From assembly GCA_049976305.1 (NCBI GenBank), contig JBMFIM010000007.1:1-42094 (forward strand): 42,094 nt of DNA. The letters are read 5' to 3'. The position numbers were made by a program, and so were the translations under genes. The notes beneath the pieces are model-generated. The model had not been told where the DNA came from. It ran no database searches and was given only the letters and a program-made list of their open reading frames with translations. The stretch comes from Candidatus Micrarchaeia archaeon (GTDB taxonomy: Archaea; Micrarchaeota; Micrarchaeia; Micrarchaeales; CABMGC01). This document shows positions 37,131-42,094 of this stretch, piece by piece. The first letter of the stretch is position 1, and every line of letters starts with the position of its first letter.

Positions 37131-37748
37131 ATGCAGAGCAACGAAGAGCTGGTAGCTTATTTGGTAAGCCACGGGTTTGCAGATAAACGTGTTGCCAAAG
37201 CAATGCTTGCAATAGACCGCAAAAACTTTGTTGGAGAAATGCAGGCCTATGCTTACGAAGATGCTCCACTCCCTATACTGTCAGGCCAAACGACCTCTGC
37301 TCCTAGCGTTATAGCAATGATGCTGAAAAGCCTTGACATAAGATACGGCATGAAGGTGCTAGAGATAGGCACTGGCAGCGGCTACCAGACAGCATTGATA
37401 GCAAAGCTTGTAGGCAGCAAGGGAAGAGTAATAACGATAGAGAGATCAGAAGCCCTCTATAACTTCGCTAGATCCAATCTTGCTAAGTACGGGTTCGAGA
37501 ACATAATTCAGATTCTTGGCAACGGGGCAAGAGGGTACAAGAAAAAGGCGCCATATGATCGCATAATCTATTCAGCCGCAGCAAGGACCGTGCCTTTAGA
37601 AACTTTGCAGCAGCTTAAGAAAAACGGGGCTCTGATAGCGCCAGTAGGCTCTTTCTCGCAGGAGCTTCTGCTTGTAAAGAAGGCCAACGGTAGAGAGCTT
37701 CAATACGACCTGGGCCCTGTGGTTTTCTCTGCCTTGGAAGAAGACTGA
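37131..37748 (+). CDS. pcm: Protein-L-isoaspartate O-methyltransferase
   Basis: AYED.PL, GQTTSAP, VLEIGTGSGY, APYDRI, PVG. Confidence 0.95.
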   Translation: MQSNEELVAYLVSHGFADKRVAKAMLAIDRKNFVGEMQAYAYEDAPLPILSGQTTSAPSVIAMMLKSLDIRYGMKVLEIGTGSGYQTALIAKLVGSKGRVITIERSEALYNFARSNLAKYGFENIIQILGNGARGYKKKAPYDRIIYSAAARTVPLETLQQLKKNGALIAPVGSFSQELLLVKKANGRELQYDLGPVVFSALEED

Positions 37749-37775
37749 AAGGTTATTTGATTATTTGGCCATTGC

Positions 37776-38777
37776 CTATTGCTTCTGCGCCTTTGTCTGA
37801 TTTTGTTCTATATACCTTATAAGCTCATTCTCATCCTCAAACATCTTGTCAGCATAATATGGCGTAAATGGGCTGTAGTGTTTGAAAGGGAAATAAAGAA
37901 GGACGGGCTTGCCTTCTGTATAGGCGTAGATCCTCTCGCTGTCAACGCCGCTAGAATATGTCAGCTCCTGCAAATACACTACAACCATGTCTGACTGGTC
38001 TATAAAGTGGTAGTCTCTCTTGACAGTGTTGTTGAATATGTAATCCTTGAGGCGCTTGTCTCCCGAAACTTTGTAAGCCATAATGTCCACAGACCTCGGG
38101 TCAAAGACTATGCAGTGCTTTCTAAGCCTTTTCACAAATCTATCCAGCTTTTCATAGCCCTCCTTCCTATGTGACATTGCAAAGCTTACATATACTTTAG
38201 GCTTGTCCCTGTGATAGATCAGATCAAGCAGCGTGTGTGGATCCTCCCTAGATCCTACTAAATAATTTTGCTTCCCAAGCTCGTTGGCTATGATGTCTGC
38301 GGTATAGACTTCCTGAGACTGCCATATCGCTATTTCAAGCTCATCTATTCCTTTGTCTTGCCACTCTTTTCTCTTTATCAGGTTTGCATAAACCTCGTTG
38401 GGCGACGCATAAAGCGTTACTATAAGATCAGGGTTTAGAAATCTTATGTCCTTTATCGTAGTCAGATTTATGGCGCTGTTTTTCCACCAGAATGATGCAT
38501 GGGAGTCTAGTATGTAGTCTATTCCCTTGCTCTCCTCTATTCTTCTTTTTATTCTCTCGAATGCAAAGCTCTTTATAGAGTTCAGGGTCTTTGTATCGAG
38601 GTTGAGAAGCTTAGGCGGATCGAGGTCTTTTGAAATGTGCTCCCTCCCTATGTCTACGATCTCGTCTATGAGGTTTATCCTTGCAATCTTGTGACGTTCT
38701 CTGCTTGCAAGCCTTACCACAGCCTCTTCTATGCGGTCCCTTCCAGAGCCCGCAAGCGCATTGCTTAAAACAAGCAT
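37776..38777 (-). CDS. Fusion: archaeal adenylate kinase (AdkA)-like domain + nucleoside 2-deoxyribosyltransferase-like domain
   Basis: N-terminal ALAGSGRD P-loop variant, LDSHA, NPDLIVTL; C-terminal KVYVS, RDYHFIDQSDMVVVY, SSGVDSE..YAY..GKPV. Confidence 0.7.
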   Translation of the reverse strand: MLVLSNALAGSGRDRIEEAVVRLASRERHKIARINLIDEIVDIGREHISKDLDPPKLLNLDTKTLNSIKSFAFERIKRRIEESKGIDYILDSHASFWWKNSAINLTTIKDIRFLNPDLIVTLYASPNEVYANLIKRKEWQDKGIDELEIAIWQSQEVYTADIIANELGKQNYLVGSREDPHTLLDLIYHRDKPKVYVSFAMSHRKEGYEKLDRFVKRLRKHCIVFDPRSVDIMAYKVSGDKRLKDYIFNNTVKRDYHFIDQSDMVVVYLQELTYSSGVDSERIYAYTEGKPVLLYFPFKHYSPFTPYYADKMFEDENELIRYIEQNQTKAQKQ

Positions 38778-38824
38778 ATCTTTAATGAAAACTCTCTCTT
38801 AAAAACCTTTATGCCCTGGCCTGT

Positions 38825-39511
38825 TTAGTCCTTTACCAAAGTCCCTTCAAACCTTCTTCCGTTTAGCGCCTGCTTTATACTACTTATCTCGCTGTTTACA
38901 AACCTAAGCTCTATGTTGGACCTTTGCGCAAGCCTGCACGCGAGAAGGTCAAAAACAAATCCTGATTTGGCTTCCCTAGTGTCATACTTGCTCGCAAGCT
39001 CGACAAGCTTTCTGTGGCTTATTCTCTTAAGCTTCCTGGCTCCCGAACTACCTGGCGGTTTGTCATACACGTAGCCTACGCTGCTGACATTCACAAGCAC
39101 ATTGCAGCCCAAGGCCTCGCATGCAAGCACTGCATCGGCATCGGTGGTTATTCCAGGAAACTGGCCAGGAAGTATAACTATTTTGCAGAATTTTAGCAAA
39201 TCTTCCAGCTCGCCCATGCTACTAGCAATTTCAGCGTTTAAGCCCTGAGCTTTCGCAACAAGCATAAGCGAATAGGCATTAAGCCTTGTGGCCTCTATCC
39301 CCACCTTATCTAGGTAATATTCGTTCTTGGCGATAGGCCTGAGGGCGTGTATGTAGCTTTTTGCCACGGCGCCTCCGCCGGTAACAACGACAAGCCGCTC
39401 TTTCAGCGAGCTGGCAAGGGCCACAAAGCTCTTCAAAAATACGGTGTTAGGAAATATGCCGCTGCTTATTACGCTTCCGCCAAGCGAGATTACCTTCGTT
39501 CCACGCACCAT
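38825..39511 (-). CDS. pyrH: Archaeal UMP kinase
   Basis: VISLGGS, VTGGG, D.VGIEATRLNA, PGITTD, VYDKPP, FD..A, GT.V. Confidence 0.92.
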   Translation of the reverse strand: MVRGTKVISLGGSVISSGIFPNTVFLKSFVALASSLKERLVVVTGGGAVAKSYIHALRPIAKNEYYLDKVGIEATRLNAYSLMLVAKAQGLNAEIASSMGELEDLLKFCKIVILPGQFPGITTDADAVLACEALGCNVLVNVSSVGYVYDKPPGSSGARKLKRISHRKLVELASKYDTREAKSGFVFDLLACRLAQRSNIELRFVNSEISSIKQALNGRRFEGTLVKD

Positions 39512-39616
39512 ACAAACAAAGCAAGTGCAAGCTTAAATTCCTATCCAACCTGGCCTGGAATTCCTTTTCCTCCGAATTCCAAAATACTTATATATCTTTT
39601 CAAGCACAAACATAAA

Positions 39617-39730
39617 TGCCAAACGGCCATAGAAGCAGGGTAACGCCCAAACCCATTTCGAACTTGGAAGCTAAGCCTGCTTCGACGTGAAATACTGCCT
39701 TCGGGCGGGAAAGCACGTTGCTGTTTGGCA
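39617..39730 (+). rRNA. rrf: 5S rRNA, stand-alone
   Basis: TGCCAAACGGC/GCTGTTTGGCA helix I, CCATA, CCCATTTCGAAC, GAAGCTAAG, TACTG...GGGAAA; own TATA (TTATATA) upstream and T-tract downstream. Confidence 0.95.
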
Positions 39731-39759
39731 CCTAACTTTTTATTGCTCTCATCTGCTCG

Positions 39760-39819
39760 AGCCTATGATAGGCACAAAGCCAAAAGGAACCCCGCGAATT
39801 TATTCGTGGGGTGTGTCAG
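39760..39819 (+). mobile_element. IS200/IS605-like right-end remnant, or bidirectional terminator hairpin
   Basis: GGA-ACCCCGCGAA-TTTA-TTCGTGGGGT-GTG-TCAG: 10-bp hairpin followed by TCAN; small inverted repeat GCCTAT-G-ATAGGC upstream. Confidence 0.5.
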
Positions 39820-39831
39820 TTTATTTCCCTT

Positions 39832-40854
39832 CTATTTCTTGCGCACGTAAAGTTCCTCCATCGCAGAAACAAGTATCTGCGTGTACTCGTTCTGAGGCAG
39901 CTTGTCCTTGTACTCTTCTATCTTGCTCTTTGCCATCTCTCCGTATTTCTTTGCAACCTCCTGCGCGTATTCTATGCCGTGATACTTCTCTATCATGCTC
40001 CTCAGAAAGTCTATCTCCTCTTTTGTCTTGTCTTTGCGCTCCTTCTTGTAGATTGCTTTGATCTTTTCCTTCTCTTCCGGCGTTGCCTGAGAATACGCAC
40101 GCAGAATTATGAGGGTAACCTTGCCTTCGTAAAGATCTCCAAAATTCTTCTTGCCGAAGACCTTCTCATCAGCTGTCATGTCTAGAATGTCATCTGTTAT
40201 CTGGAAGGCTACGCCAACAGGCTGGCCTATCTGCTTGAGTATGTCTAGCATCTCGTCGCTTGCGCCTGCAGTTATTGCGCCTATCTGCATCGGCCCATAA
40301 ACAGTATAATAAGAGGTTTTGCTGTCTGCTATCCTGTAGTAAAGCGCCTCGTCAGCCTTGTCAAGGTCCTTGACATAGTGTATAAAGTTGTTCTCGATGT
40401 ATTGGCCGTCTACTGTGTATTCTAGCATGTCGTAGAACTTCTCGTAGATTTTGTTCCCTATTTCAGGACCAACTTGCAAAATGTAATCCTTGAGCATGCG
40501 CCACATCGCCATGTGGCCTATGTTTGAGGCGTTGAATGCGTGTATGGGCCCGTAAAGCTTCTGTGCAGCAGGCTTGCCTCTTCTCATCTCAGAGTCGTCT
40601 TCAACGTCGTCCTGCATAAGGATCCAGTCCTCAGAAAGTTGCTGTGCCGCAGCAGGAAGCAACGCCCTTTCTACGCTGCCACCAAACAATTGAGCGCTGA
40701 GCAGGACAAGGCCCGGCCTTCTGTAACTTCCCTGCCTGTCTATATAGTCGCGCATTATGCTGTGGTTCTCTACAGGCTCTTTTATTGGCACGTATTTGCA
40801 AATAGTGTCATAAACCTCTTGCCTATGCAACTCTATATACTCCTTGAAGTTCAT
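39832..40854 (-). CDS. Trans-polyprenyl diphosphate synthase (GGPP synthase/IdsA-like)
   Basis: QDDVEDDS..RRG, GQ, KTS.Y, FQITDDILD, DLYEGK.T. Confidence 0.93.
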   Translation of the reverse strand: MNFKEYIELHRQEVYDTICKYVPIKEPVENHSIMRDYIDRQGSYRRPGLVLLSAQLFGGSVERALLPAAAQQLSEDWILMQDDVEDDSEMRRGKPAAQKLYGPIHAFNASNIGHMAMWRMLKDYILQVGPEIGNKIYEKFYDMLEYTVDGQYIENNFIHYVKDLDKADEALYYRIADSKTSYYTVYGPMQIGAITAGASDEMLDILKQIGQPVGVAFQITDDILDMTADEKVFGKKNFGDLYEGKVTLIILRAYSQATPEEKEKIKAIYKKERKDKTKEEIDFLRSMIEKYHGIEYAQEVAKKYGEMAKSKIEEYKDKLPQNEYTQILVSAMEELYVRKK

Positions 40855-41030
40855 TGCATCATATTTTTATTTTCCGTTAGCTTTTTAATTGCACGTGCAT
40901 AAGCATTGCAAATGCAGAACAAAGTATGTCAATGGAAGTAGAAATAGAGAAGGCAAAGGCAGGAAAATAGAAAAGAATAAAAGGATTTATCTACTCAATT
41001 TAAACATTTCTTGCTAAGATGTGATGCTTT

Positions 41031-41183
41031 ATGGGAAAGTTTCCGCTTGCAGACGAGGCGCTGGCGCAGGTATGGATATGCAGGAAGTGCAAGGCTAGAA
41101 ACAAAGCCGGCGCCACAAAATGCAGGAAATGCGGATCGCCTTATCTTAGGCCAAAGCATAGAGAAATCAAGGCAAAGAAATAA
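41031..41183 (+). CDS. rpl40e: 50S ribosomal protein eL40 (not in ORF track)
   Basis: MGKFPLADEALAQVWICRKCKARNKAGATKCRKCGSPYLRPKHREIKAKK. Confidence 0.96.
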   Translation: MGKFPLADEALAQVWICRKCKARNKAGATKCRKCGSPYLRPKHREIKAKK

Positions 41184-41224
41184 ACTTATTTAGATTTGCG
41201 CTCTAAATGAAAAACGATGATAAC

Positions 41225-41446
41225 ATGGTCGACTTGAACCCTATAGAAAGCGCAATAGTGAAAGCTATGCAGGAGCTTGGCGCAACAAACGAGAGCTCCC
41301 TTAAGACTGCAGACGACATTGCGAAAAAGGCCAATAGGCCTAAGAGCCTTGTCACCAATACGCTCGTAACCCTGGCACAAAAAGGCGTTGTTAAGAGGGT
41401 GGCAAGGGAGAAGGCAGCCGGCTACTACTTGCTGATAAAGGTTTGA
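41225..41446 (+). CDS. Small winged-helix DNA-binding protein (start 41225 or 41207)
   Basis: TADDIAKKANRPKSLVTNTLVTLAQKGVVKR...GYY wHTH pattern. Confidence 0.75.
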   Translation: MVDLNPIESAIVKAMQELGATNESSLKTADDIAKKANRPKSLVTNTLVTLAQKGVVKRVAREKAAGYYLLIKV

Positions 41447-41449
41447 TGC

Positions 41450-41908
41450 ATGAGTAGCGAAGAAAGCAACGAAAGCATAGAATTCTACGCCCGGTACAAG
41501 AACTGGGTGGCAGTAAAAAAGATAACAATAAGGGACGACACAAAGCCAGAGGAGATAGTGGCGCAGATTGCAAGCATAAGGCAGAGCATAGACAGAAAGG
41601 CGTTCGAGATTCTGGGCATAGACACACAGGCCCTAGATGCCTATGCCGCCTCGCTTACAAAGGACATGAGGAAAAGCTATTCTAACCTTGCAAGGGCTAT
41701 AGAAAACCTCGGAAAGCAGGAAGCCAAGGAGCAGATAAGCAAGGCTACTGGCGGCAAGCCTGAGCTCGAGGAAATAGCGGCAACATACTTATTCAGGAAG
41801 GTAGTGCAGAACCTCTCTTTCGATTTTGACATAAACCAGGAAATGCTGGAAAAGGCGTATCCTTACCTCAAGATGCCAAAGCCTCCAGGCAGAAAGCCAA
41901 AAGCCTGA
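41450..41908 (+). CDS. DUF2666-like archaeal protein
   Basis: IEFYARYKNWVAVKKITI...PEEIVAQIASI resembles DUF2666 from memory; C-terminal YPYLKMPKP. Confidence 0.65.
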   Translation: MSSEESNESIEFYARYKNWVAVKKITIRDDTKPEEIVAQIASIRQSIDRKAFEILGIDTQALDAYAASLTKDMRKSYSNLARAIENLGKQEAKEQISKATGGKPELEEIAATYLFRKVVQNLSFDFDINQEMLEKAYPYLKMPKPPGRKPKA

Positions 41909-42094
41909 AATCAGGCAATTCGATCTTAGTTTCTCCAAATTTCTCTGCTGTCTGCTGAAGTAGCAGCAAGCTATTTATTGTTTTTTTCAATACTATCAGT
42001 GAGGGCATGCAGAAAAAGGGCACGATATATAATAAACGTTCTAAAATACATCGCCATACCTATCCTATCATAACAAAGACGCTCTTGGTTAAGG

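Noticed and set aside
40865..41030. Purine-rich stretch with a hydrophobic open frame on the minus strand
   Set aside because: No start codon after the upstream stop; treated as divergent promoter region.
41909..42094. Possible 3' end of a minus-strand gene at the window edge
   Set aside because: Only short open frames without recognisable motifs; cannot be called.
1..42094. CRISPR array, cas genes, integrase, intact transposase or tRNA-linked att duplication
   Set aside because: By eye, no regularly spaced repeats, no such protein motifs and no duplicated tRNA 3' ends were found.

Overview
Gene-dense archaeal chromosomal window. The style (stand-alone 5S rRNA, short XPF, many apparently leaderless genes, fragmented ribosomal superoperon) suggests DPANN, probably Micrarchaeota; this is an inference. 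Most of it is housekeeping: a ribosomal cluster Rpp29-uS17...uS5 plus eL40, psmB-aCPSF1, Trm1, Sua5, archease, RIO1, PyrH, a polyprenyl synthase, an H+-PPase and a glycosylation block (GT2, two flippases, two GT-C-like proteins). It also holds three tRNAs and a 5S rRNA. Four CDSs absent from the ORF track were read by hand: an M13 peptidase 5' end, a DUF1059-like protein, uS14 and eL40. The strongest novel signal is the 47-nt tRNA-Met(CAU) intron, which holds a complete C'/D' K-turn and a 10-nt antisense element that by the N+5 rule targets C34 of its own precursor. Other highlights are an unannotated double-guide C/D sRNA just upstream of an exosortase-like gene, several unusual fusions (TPR-AAA with amphipathic tail, DUF373-PRC barrel, NUDIX-UDG lacking most Fe-S ligands, AdkA-like plus deoxyribosyltransferase-like), an orphan ~90-nt hairpin, IS200/IS605-like end scars and a doubly broken NRAMP gene. 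No CRISPR array or intact transposase was seen.
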